From Seison nebaliae (Eukaryota), in contig JALJEE010003270.1 of NCBI GenBank assembly GCA_023231475.1, positions 1-34,489 of the forward strand: a DNA stretch of 34,489 nt, read 5' to 3'. The position numbers and the translations under genes were made by a program. This document shows positions 22,623-33,857 of the stretch, piece after piece. The notes beneath the pieces were generated by a model that was given only the letters and a program-made list of their open reading frames with translations, had not been told where the DNA came from and did not search any database. Within the stretch, counting starts at the first letter, position 1. The number at the start of each line of letters is the position of its first letter.

Positions 22623-23621
22623 ATGAGCATACACGAAACTTTTAATTATAATTCCGACGAAATGACTCTTAATTCATTAACGAATGGTCTCATAAAGAAA
22701 CATTCGAAACAAAGATTAAGTTCTTTCGCATGGAAGTTCTTCAATACCATTCCTCGACAAGTGATCGATGAAAATGAATTCACCACTCGAACCAAAGAGA
22801 AAACATTGGAAGAGAATAAAACGAGGAAGACTAAAAGTAACTTTTTCGCTCAATTCAATGAAGACGATTGTCTAAAATGTGGAATTGGATGGAGGAATGA
22901 AGTGGAAAAATCGACCACGGCAATTCGACGAGTACAATGTCGATTCTGTGGCGCGTCAATGAGTGTTTCCAGTGCCACAAGATTATGTCATCACATTTTG
23001 CGATGTCGAAATTCTTCAAAAACTTGTAAAGATTTATTTAAATTAATTAAAACGGATAAGCTCGTTAAATTCAACAAAGACAACCCAACTCACAGGAGAT
23101 CCATCAGCAACTTCGATCATAATGACGTGACGATCACGGGACAAACGAATGATAATGAAATTTATGATGAACGATTATCAATGAGTGATTGTCATGATAT
23201 AATATCAATTATCGATGAGTTTCTCAAAGAGAATGAACGAATTTATCATATTCCTGATAATGAAATAAGAATGTTATTAGAGAATCGATCCACATTACAA
23301 AAACGAATATCGAGAATGAATTCATCAGAAGAACAAGAGAATTTGAAGAAGAAAATTGAAAATTTCGTTTCCAACAAATTCATACAGAATTTGGTTGAGA
23401 AAAATATTTCCAATAAAATTCCTCCATTAGCCGATAACGACCATTCTATGGACGGAAATGTAACGGAAGAAATTAACGTTGAAACAGATGATGATAATTG
23501 GGGTTATGGATATAAAAGTTCATCATGTTTCCATGAACCATATCTACGATTATTGGAAGAATTGAAAATTGATGTTAATAAATTATCATTCGAACAACAC
23601 AAATTTATTGAACAATACTAA
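22623..23621 (+). CDS. BED-type zinc-finger-containing protein, about 332 aa
   Basis: SFAWKFF ... VQCRFCGASMSVSSATRLCHHILRC matches the BED pattern (W..F, CxxC, T..L..H...C). First ATG at 22623. No transposase catalytic domain visible. Confidence 0.65.
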   Translation: MSIHETFNYNSDEMTLNSLTNGLIKKHSKQRLSSFAWKFFNTIPRQVIDENEFTTRTKEKTLEENKTRKTKSNFFAQFNEDDCLKCGIGWRNEVEKSTTAIRRVQCRFCGASMSVSSATRLCHHILRCRNSSKTCKDLFKLIKTDKLVKFNKDNPTHRRSISNFDHNDVTITGQTNDNEIYDERLSMSDCHDIISIIDEFLKENERIYHIPDNEIRMLLENRSTLQKRISRMNSSEEQENLKKKIENFVSNKFIQNLVEKNISNKIPPLADNDHSMDGNVTEEINVETDDDNWGYGYKSSSCFHEPYLRLLEELKIDVNKLSFEQHKFIEQY

Positions 23622-23650
23622 AAATATGAAAAAATATTTTTTTGAGCATC

Positions 23651-23704
23651 ATAACAACAACAACAACAATAACAATAATAACAATAATAACAATAGCAAT
23701 AAAA
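23651..23704. repeat. (AAC/AAT)n microsatellite between convergent genes
   Basis: ataacaacaacaacaacaataacaataataacaataataacaatagcaataaaa, ending in an AATAAA poly(A)-like signal on the + strand. Confidence 0.85.
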
Positions 23705-23713
23705 TTTATTTGA

Positions 23714-26700
23714 TTACCAACAATGATCGGAGAATAACGTTAAAGTAAATCCTGGAAATTTACCACTTCTATCAGAAAGGAAAGTCAATATGAAATTATT
23801 CCATTTCACTCGGAATGATAAAACATAAGAAGATTTCCTACGACTACGTCCGATTCTTTTCAATTTCATTTTATCCAAATATATTTCATTATTCCATATT
23901 CTTCTCCAATGATAATCTTCAACGTCTTGCCACTTCTCCCAATTTCTTATGAGATATTTCTTATTTGTGTCATTATCTGCTATATTTTTAGGAATAAATT
24001 CAAATTTTACCGGTTGTTGTTCAATCGTTGAATTCGAATGATTCTCAATTTGGAGATTCCTTCTCACTTTCATCAATTCTTTACCAGCATCCAATTCATT
24101 TCCACATAAATCGATAAAATGTTTCGTCTCATTCATCGTCGGATTGAAGAAATCGATCTGTAAATAATCAAATCGACGACACGAATGCCATTTGGAATCG
24201 CTTTTTTCTGTTTCGAATCCATCGAATATGAAATAAGTACAATATTTATCTGATGTGACATTCCATTGGACATTGTAAGAATTTGGATATTTGTTAATTG
24301 TTTGTGAGTTTATTTGATGATGTTTCAGATTGAATAATTTTATTTTATTTGGTTGATAGATAACATAAATTTCAACGAAATGATTTTGTCCTTCTATATC
24401 GACAACAATTGTTGAAGAAATATTTGTGAATAATTGAAGATTCCCATCACTATAAGTTCTTTGACGACATTTCACATAAAATCTATTTCCACAAGGAACA
24501 TGATAACATTTTCCATGAATTAACAATTGACCAACAAATCCGTTGTAAGAATGAATATGATTAATGATCGGACCTCTCTTACGATGACGAATGAAAGAGA
24601 ATGTTGTGGATTCATTTAGAGATCTTTCTATTATATTTGTTTCCGTTTTATTTTCAAATTGATTTCCTAATCGTAATATTCGTCTTTTATTATATGATGA
24701 TATTACATATGATTTCAAATTCGTATATTTTTTATGTATTTCACAATCTAAAAGAATTTAAAAGAAATTAAAAGAAATTCAAAAGAACTTAATAATAATT
24801 CATCAGAAATCTCATTAAATCGTTTCTCGATACATATCACTTTCAATTTCTTATAATTGAAGATACATCTTTGACTGGATTTACATCGATGATATTTCCT
24901 TAAACAATCATTCCGTACTGAAAAAAACAAATAGGCTAATTTAAATCGAATTAAAAAATAGAACTTAAATGTATTGTGAAATTGAGAGAGTCGATATTGT
25001 GGTAATGGTTTGGGAGATGGTCAATAAAATTATATTGAAAAAGAAATCCAATCGATTTTGGTCGCGATGAAACAATTTCAGAAATATTTCCATTGAAGAT
25101 TTGGGTGGAATTTGGAAGAATAACAATTTCCTTTTTATCCATTTCACCATTCCAATAAAGATGAGTAACATTGAGATAATTCTGAAAAAAAAATATTTTG
25201 AATTGAGTTATAATTTATAAAATAAAACTTTCGAATTCTCAATACTAGTGAAATTGAAATTGAGTACTAATTCATAAAGATATGGTAGACGATAACCGTT
25301 GGGAATGATTAACCAGGAATTATTTCGATACAAATTGGAAGAAGTTAAATGAAAAATTTTATTATAAATAATTTCTTTCTCATTCAGAATGTAATTGACT
25401 GGTTCGGAATTTCTTTCAATTCTTCCACGTCCGTTATGAAAGTTGTCGATTATCGACGTCCGTGCAGGAATCTTAATCGATTGTTCTGATTCTTCTACTT
25501 CTAATTTACATAAAAATAGTGGAGCATCGATAACATCAACATTTCTATTTTGAATTGATTGAGAATTGACAATTTTTTTAATGTTGATCAACAATCCGGA
25601 ATGGAATCGTTCACTTAAACGTAACAAGATTTGTGATCTAACATAATTTTTGGATGAAATGTTCGATATTAATTTAGCATCGAATAATTGATATACATCA
25701 TCATCCAATTGATCATATGACGAAAATTGGAAAAGTCCTATTTCATATTCATTCTTCCGGTGATATATCGGACGGTAAAAATTATCTGAAATAACCGATG
25801 AAATATTTATAGTTCCAGTTTGATGATCATTTAACAAAAAAATAAAATTTGATTCGTACAAATTGAAATCGTTATTCATTTTCGAAATATATTCTTTCGC
25901 AACGGGGAAATTAAGTTGGTTAGTTTTGGAAATATTATAAATTATCGATTTGATATCATTCGATATTCGTAGTCGTTTTAAATGGAGAATTGTCTCCGAG
26001 AATTTTATTAATAACCATTCATTATTGACCGCTGGAAAAATCGAATGTTATATAAGATATTGAACGACATGAAAAATTGAACTTTTGTATTTAACAATGA
26101 AATTAACAAAATCTTTCTTTCTCCGATAATTTAAAGAAATATCGTTTTTGAAAGTAAGTAATGTATGATAAGAAGAAATTCGATTAAGATGAATGTAATA
26201 TGAAATTATCGATATTTTTTCCTTATCTGTTAAATATATTTCATCTTTATAAATCATTTCAATTAGAGTTGAAAAATAGAAGAAATTAAACTCTTTATTA
26301 AACTAGCCAGAATTTCATTTTTGTCCATTTTTTCGTTTCCATTCCCTTCCGTTTTATTTACAACACAATATGTAACTATTAATAAGTCAATTAATAATAC
26401 GACAAAGAAAATTTTGAAAAAATACATGAAAAATATTGCAGTTCTTTCTTCTGATTTATTGAATTGATCAATTTCCGAAATTTTTCTATTTTCAAAAAAT
26501 TGTTTAAGGTTTATAATGTTTGATCGTATGCTAAAAAAACTTTCGTTAAAAATTTCGAATATTTCATCCATAATATTAGGGAATGGTTCATTGACTGTCA
26601 ATATTCCACTACAATCCGTTCTGTAATATTGACGAAATAATCGACTATAACTATTCATTACCGGTATTAAATGAACATCTTCGGAAAGAAATTGAAATTC

Positions 26701-28670
26701 AATTCTCTAAAAATACAAGTAGCAAAATTAAAATATGTTCATTATTAAACTTCTCCAAGTTGTCTCCTTATTCTCCAATTGCAGTTGTCACAATAATTTA
26801 AGTAAAATTTATTAGTTGATTTTTCAGTAAAATTGCGCGGATTATCTTAAGGAAAAAGGACATCATCGTAGGATCATAGAAAGAAAACTACAAAGAATAA
26901 CTTTCACAAGTGTAAAGCTTATTCAGAGCTTGTCGATCCGTTTTACTCGGTTGTTTCGACATTCCCATTTTCTTTTCGATATCACTAATTGTCAAATTTT
27001 CCGTTTTCATTAAATTTGGAATTTTCTTTAATTTGATAAATTTACTGGAGTAATGCATGATGGAGAATGGATCGTAAGGGAAAATTTCATATTGAGGCAT
27101 ACGAATAATCATATCGTTAACGATATTTAATCTAGACGCTGAGAATAAATGAAAAAAAAGAAAGCAGATGGAAATATTAACATAAAGGAAGACGACGCAG
27201 AGCAGAAATGTCATATTTGATATAATGATGTCGGTCCATTCGTTGATGTTCATGTGCTAATCCAACGACATGACCCAGTTCATGAATAATCGTATTGAAC
27301 TTTCTAATACAAATCATTCCCAAATACAAATTTGCTGATGGCGATGTTGATGTACGAATTTCTGTATAACATCGTCTAAAACCGAAATGAATTGGTAGAT
27401 CGATAATCAGTCGTTAACTTTGGATTTCTCGATTTTTCTATTATCAGATGAGCTTCGGGTAACATCGATCGATTGGAAATTTGAACGAAGTCAAGACAAC
27501 TTTTCTTCTGCCACACATCAATACCATTATAGATTTCCTTCAAATATTTCGTTTCTATTTAATAAATAAAGTTTAAGAATATTTTACAAGAAATCTTAGG
27601 AAAATGTTACTTTCAAATGATTTTGAGATATGGAAGGCTATTTTACCATTCTTCCACTTTTGATGATAAATTTCGAATAAAGCTCTTCTATCTCGATATT
27701 TGGGACTAAAATGAAAAATTTCAAATTAAAATAATATTTGAAAAGTCGCCAATTTTGCAAAGCTCCCAATTTCAAAATAGAAATTTCATTCAAAATTTTA
27801 CAGGCATTATTTAAATTATTTCTTTTTTAATTTTTAGAATTATCATTATTGTTCAATTTTGTTCTGACGTGCCAACGAAGTAAGTGATAATTTTAGAGAA
27901 ATATTTGGAAATTTGTGGAAAAATGGATCAATTGAAAACACATCTGATGTTCGATGAATTGAAACGAATGAATCGACGACAAGTTCTATTCCAAGCATTA
28001 AATTTCGGTTTAATCGTTTCATCAGCTTTGATGATTTGGAAATTTATGATGGTTATCACTGGTAGTGGGAGCCCGGTCGTCGTCGTATTAAGTGGAAGTA
28101 TGGAACCGGCATTCTTTCGTGGGGATCTGTTACTATTGAGAAATATTCCAGAAGAACCGGTAACAGTTGGAGATATTGCTGTGTTCAAATTGAAGGAACG
28201 TGAAATTCCAATTGTCCATCGAGTCATTTCCGTTCATCAAAATAATGATTCTGACGTGCATTTCTTGACGAAAGGTTTCCATACAAATTTCCATTGATTA
28301 TTATTATTTAAATTATTTTACTTCAGGTGATAATAATGAAGTTGATGATCGTGCATTATATGATCGAGGACAATTATGGCTAACGAAGAATGAATTGTTA
28401 GGGAAACCGACTGGACATCTACCGTATGTGGGAATGGTCACTATAATTATGAATGATTATCCTCAGCTCAAAATTGTTGTTCTGGGCGTTTTATCTTTAT
28501 TCGTATTTCTCCATCGAGAAAATTAAATTTGCCACAAACAAAAAAAGAGAAGAATCATATATTAACTCGTTATTTCTGACAAGATGGTTTGATCGATCTT
28601 GCACCGGAATTGTTGTTATTGATGAAAGGAGAAGAATCGAAATTATCACAATCTTGTCAATATTGCCCAT
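23714..28670 (-). CDS. Astacin (M12A) zinc metalloprotease with degenerate CUB and EGF-like modules, about 1200 aa, 12 exons
   Basis: complement(join(23714..24747,24789..24917,24965..25181,25229..26031,26083..26244,26304..26706,26751..26845,26902..27138,27182..27375,27419..27554,27611..27705,28567..28670)), all phases compatible. Signal peptide [17 protein letters not shown], furin-like [40 protein letters not shown] and Met-turn [12 protein letters not shown]-like [13 protein letters not shown] and C-terminal CUB-like FDYLQI..LCG..FLSDRS..PGF. The catalytic domain is high confidence; the C-terminal joins less so. Confidence 0.8.
27923..28526 (+). CDS. SEC11: Signal peptidase complex catalytic subunit SEC11, 183 aa, 2 exons
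   Basis: join(27923..28274,28327..28526) with a 52-nt intron inside TKG/DNN. Motifs [42 protein letters not shown] and [15 protein letters not shown]. Confidence 0.96.
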
Positions 28671-31170
28671 TTTATTTAATTTTGAATCATTTGAATGAAT
28701 AAACCCTTAAATTATTCCCATATATCTAATCTAAGAAGACTAATCTAAAATTCGCCTCTAAATGTGAAAAAAAGAGGAAACTATTCTAAACGATTTCTAA
28801 TGATCATCTGAGAGTGATTAAAGAGGAAAGACGAACCGATGGCTGTGAATCTACTTAATGAGATCTTTCATTTCAACTAATTATCTTAAACATCAATCAT
28901 TCGAACTCTTTTCATAGAAAATCTTTCCACATAAATGTTACATAAACATCGTTCTATTCAACGATATCCAGAAGCTTCTACGATCAATCTAGACAGATTG
29001 TTTATTCAACAACTTTCTCTTCACTAGCAAAACTGTTTTAAAAACGTCCAACAGATCGTGTGTTAACAGAATCCTGTTATCGGTTCGAATTGTTCACAGG
29101 AAAAAATAAGTCGATTTATCTGATCTCTCTCCATCATTTCATTTCACGAAAGTTTCAAAATTTTAATATTTTTAAAATTTAAGGAAAAATATCTTACAAT
29201 TGTCTTGTTAGAATGGATATTATATTAATTTTTTCTATCAATCAACATGTAGAATAATTCAGTTTCAGAAATAATTTTATGTTTATTGATATTTTTTGAC
29301 GAATTGATGTAGAATTTAAAGAATATAATTTTTGAAGTTAAATGAAATAGTAAAAATTTTGATTTTTTAAAATTTAGTAGCTAGTTTTATGGGAAAGTTA
29401 AATTCCCTTTAAACTCTAAATGAACTAGAATAAAATTAAGTAAAGTTTAATAAATTTATAACTAGTAAATTTAATGAAAGAGAGAGCATGGAGAATAATC
29501 AATACCGTGCTGACTCATTATCTGATAAAAAGAAGTACAGAAACTGAGAGATGAATAATAAGAAGAATTGTGCAAATCAAAAATTTTGCGTTTCAGAGCT
29601 TCAAATCTAAATTAGAATAATTAGGAAATAGTCTTAAGGAAGTCATTTGTCAATTAATTGGCAAAATAAAAAGAAGTATTACAAGCGAATGACTTGTGCA
29701 TAATGCAAATGGATATGAGAATTAGCAGAAGTTTCCTATCATGATCTTATTCATTTGTCAATTATAAAAAAAGAAATTTTGTATAAATTCTACAATTTCC
29801 ATAGGTGAGAAGTGTTCAAATGAATATTGGTCTTTTCGTTTAGGGAAGTGAAACAAATATTAAGGGAGAAAGAATTCTTTCTCACCATTTCCTCTTAATC
29901 GTTGTCATTGACATTGTTTGATTGTTAAGGGTAAGAGAAATCATATAAATAAATCATATCAATATATCAATCACAAAAGAAAATTAGTAAATTGATATGT
30001 CCATGATTTTATTATGATTAAATTATGAACGTATAAAAATTATGGAAGAGAACGAGACATAGATGAGAAAAGGTCAGAGAAGAAGATTGAACGAATATTA
30101 CGTGAATTACATTATGTGTCATGGAAAATGAGAAACTTTGTCTTGTTGTATGGAACATATTTCTGTAATAATACGTAGTGTCGTAATAAAGGAATGTTAA
30201 TTTGCTTTTTATTCATACAAATAACTATCGCTTGTCTATGGTGGTGGTAGAGGTATTTCAATACGACATCGGACATTTATGTCCCTATATCGTTCCAACT
30301 TCTCCGACAGTTAGAAATGGACAAATTAATTCCTGATAATACTGGGAGGTTAGTTCATCTTCTTCTAATATGTCCCATTATCTTTCAATCATTTTCGATG
30401 TTTTCCTCAAGACCAATTTGGAGACTTAATCACTAATTCCAAGGAATTTTCATGTCGTATTTTAAATTAATTAATTTTTTTTGGAAAATAGGTCAAATGA
30501 CTTAAGTTATTTCGTGATATTATTATTATTCGCTTTCTACATATTTATCGATTATCGAATGACTTTGTAAAAATGAGAAATTCTATTACATATTAACAGA
30601 AATTATCTTGGAAAGATTCAAAATGATAAATATGAAATTTATTCTCATTTCAGTTTCGTCACTCATCGACTCTCATTCCTCTCAATACTCAAATCTATAA
30701 TATGGGAAGATATTTAAATTTATTATCCTTCAGCATCATTTTTATGAAATCTATTTAATCAACAATTCGATAAATGTTAGAAATTATTTGTGAAATTATT
30801 TGTGAAATTGTTCTCAAAGTTTGTTTGTGAGTAGTAGAGAGAGACAGATCTGCCAATTCACAAATCTGCCAAAACAAGAGAAGACGATGAATGTTGATAT
30901 GTCCCAAATGAAATATGTTGATAATATAAAATGTTACGTAATGTGAGAAATAGGAGACCAGTGAATGAATGTTTTAGTAAGAACCAACTAATTTTACGTA
31001 GACGATTGTAAATAAATGAATTTACTGGTTGTTTACCATAAATAGCACGAATGAAAAGTTTCTACAAAATAGGAGGGAGAGAACATAAACATTTTATATA
31101 GACATAATATTATGTTTGTATATTGTATCTAACGTATCCTAATGATTATTTGTTTCTATATAATTGGATG

Positions 31171-31217
31171 AGTGTGTGTGTATGTGTGTGATGATGATGA
31201 TGATGATGATGTGTATG
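31171..31217. repeat. Compound (GT)n-(GAT)n microsatellite
   Basis: agtgtgtgtgtatgtgtgtgatgatgatgatgatgatgatgtgtatg. Confidence 0.85.
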
Positions 31218-31585
31218 TTTCATGAGATGGAATTAATAATTTTCTTATTAAGTTCTCTCGTATACATTTAAGAAGAGGTGAAAGAAATAATTAATCCATA
31301 TTTCATATTAACTCTATTTCTCCGTGAATATTTCAGATTATTATTATTGATTTTTCTCGTTTTCTGTTATGTAGCTACCATTCGACTCATGGGACTAGTT
31401 GCCAATCATTGAGGAAGTGTACAATGAAGTGTTATAATCGTTCGGTATATACTTCCCTCTCAAAATAAATAAGTGGGAGATATATTAACGAATTAAACAT
31501 AGTGAGAATCAACAAAATTTTATAAAAAGAATGATAAATGGTGATGTTAATAATTGAACGATAATTACTTGAGAAAAATTGTGAG

Positions 31586-33091
31586 ATGAACAAAAACTAT
31601 AAAGATGACACGACAAAGAAATTTGTTCCAAGATGGCAAATCTATCCTTCAAGGAATCATTTCTATTGCAACGGAAAATGTGTCGGTGGACCCGATCAAC
31701 CACTTGTCGTTACAGTAATCATAATAATTCTCGTCATTTCTGGATGTATTTTCTACGATTGTTATACCATCAAAACACATGTAACGATTTATGCGATGAT
31801 TGTTGACATTTTCATTTCCATCATTCTCCTCTCCACATACCTTTTCACTTCGTGTATGGATCCGGGAATAATTAGTCGTCCAATGTCTGATGAAATCTTC
31901 CAACTCATTCAGCAACATCAATTAACAGTAAATGATGATGCGAAATTGATACAAATTGCACCAGCTCAAATCATCAATATTAAAAATGTGGAATGTCAAG
32001 TGAAATATTGTGTAACTTGTCGTCATTATCGACCTCCACGCACTTCACATTGTTCACGATGTGACAATTGTGTTGAACGGTTCGACCATCATTGTCCCTG
32101 GGTGGGCAATTGTGTGGGAAAGAGGAATTATCGATTCTTTTATCTATTTCTTCTTTTCTGTTCTCTACAATGTATTTATGGTTCTGCTTTCTCCGCTTAC
32201 GCTATCTACATCCGATACACGGAAGCTGAAGCAACCAATTCGAAAGATAATTACGATTGGCTCGCTCAATCTATTCAATCCATTATTGTCCTTCTCATTT
32301 GTCTCCTATCCGGATTTAGTGTGGTCGGTTTGGCAGTTATGCATACCAATCTCGCTTGTTTAGAATTGACAACAAATGAAGATATTAAACATACGTTCGC
32401 TAAACAATCTAATCCGTTTTCCGAAGGTGGACGTCTAACGAATTGTTGTCATAAAATTTTAGCAGGACCATTTGATCGTTCAAAATTGAATCGTTATGAT
32501 TTACTTCCGAAAAAATTCTATGAAAATGATGAGAAACGATTGAAGAGATTAATCGAGAAATATAATCATGAGGAAAGTGGAACGAAGAAAAAGAAGGATA
32601 ATAATAAGAATAATCAAAATAATTCGGGATATGTAGTCAAATCGAGTAAACGGAAAAAGAAGCCGAAAGAGAAAGACGATCAAATTAATCTTTCCACGTC
32701 CAAACTTCTCACTGATAGTAGTCTACTTTCCGTACCAATATCAAACGATCATTTCCTAACAAATCATCAACACGAACAACCATATGATCATTTATCAGAT
32801 AGTTATCATTTTAAAAATAAAAAACAAAAACAACATTACGAAATGAAGACAATCGTTAATGGACATATGTCTTTCCCAACTCATCATTCCTCCAATTCCA
32901 TTTTGGCTCAACCTCCGACGATCTCATCCGTTCGACCAGTGAACAAATTCCATAATTCGTCGACGGAGCAACCGTTTATGGATATGCCAATCGAAATGCA
33001 TGAGAACGTCAGTCTCAGTGATCAACCCATTAACATCAGTGACGACTTCTCCAATTATTGGGATTATGTTCATCCAAGTCCCATCGTCTAA
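31586..33091 (+). CDS. DHHC palmitoyltransferase, ZDHHC9/14/18 (Erf2-like) subfamily, 501 aa
   Basis: WQIYPSRNHFYCNG N-terminal subfamily motif, MDPGII, KYCVTCRHYRPPRTSHCSRCDNCVERFDHHCPWVGNCVGKRNYRFF, TTNEDIK and NPFSEG; four transmembrane segments. Intronless CDS. Confidence 0.95.
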   Translation: MNKNYKDDTTKKFVPRWQIYPSRNHFYCNGKCVGGPDQPLVVTVIIIILVISGCIFYDCYTIKTHVTIYAMIVDIFISIILLSTYLFTSCMDPGIISRPMSDEIFQLIQQHQLTVNDDAKLIQIAPAQIINIKNVECQVKYCVTCRHYRPPRTSHCSRCDNCVERFDHHCPWVGNCVGKRNYRFFYLFLLFCSLQCIYGSAFSAYAIYIRYTEAEATNSKDNYDWLAQSIQSIIVLLICLLSGFSVVGLAVMHTNLACLELTTNEDIKHTFAKQSNPFSEGGRLTNCCHKILAGPFDRSKLNRYDLLPKKFYENDEKRLKRLIEKYNHEESGTKKKKDNNKNNQNNSGYVVKSSKRKKKPKEKDDQINLSTSKLLTDSSLLSVPISNDHFLTNHQHEQPYDHLSDSYHFKNKKQKQHYEMKTIVNGHMSFPTHHSSNSILAQPPTISSVRPVNKFHNSSTEQPFMDMPIEMHENVSLSDQPINISDDFSNYWDYVHPSPIV

Positions 33092-33857
33092 ACTTCAACG
33101 ACACAAACTTATTATACAATTCATTTTTTCTCTCCGATCATTTATACACAACACTCCCTTTATTTTACACAGTATTATTTCAGTTCAGGATTATTCAAAT
33201 CAAATATTCTGATCTATTCACCGATTCGAATTTTATTTATACGAGAATTCTTTCCCATATTTTTTTCCTCTTAAAAGTTTTAATATAAAATATGCATCAT
33301 TTCACTACTAATAAAATTTTAATATTAAATTCCTGTTTCTCTTCTAAAAGATCTACAAATTACTTTAGACAAATTTCTACAAATTAAGAAACTAACAAAA
33401 TAAGAAAAATCACACTGTGTCACAATACACCACCTCACAATTTAAATTTTTCTTAATAATTTCAAATTAATAAAAATTATAAGTATCATCATAGCAAATC
33501 TGAGATTATCATAAATTGATGCTCTTATCGAATGGTAACCACGAGGAATTATGTGGTCAACCCCTTGTTTTTGTTGATGTATGAATAAAAAATGGCTATT
33601 CAATTAATGAATAATTTATAGTTTATGTATGTATAATAGATAATCTAGAAGAGAATTGTCCTATGAGTATTATCTAATATGCTTTTGTTATTTGGTCATT
33701 AATATACTTTCGAATTACTTCATTTAGGTAATGACATACAGAGTGCGTGAAAGAGGCATATATCAGACAAAAATAAATTGGAACGATCAATTTTACTTAT
33801 AATGTGTCGATGTATATGTTAATTAAGAGTCTAGGACATAAGAACCACGAGAGAAAA

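Noticed and set aside
27928..28698. ORFs 27928..28227 (-) and 28453..28698 (+)
   Set aside because: Antisense or off-frame relative to SEC11; the second also runs antisense to the proposed astacin exon 1.
29040..29100. tRNA suggested by GGTTCGAAT and a short TAACAG/CTGTTA hairpin
   Set aside because: No T-stem, acceptor stem or D-arm could be folded.
31509..33288. Small ORFs overlapping ZDHHC (31509, 31649, 32061, 33000, 33058)
   Set aside because: Off-frame or antisense to a strongly conserved CDS or its 3' UTR.
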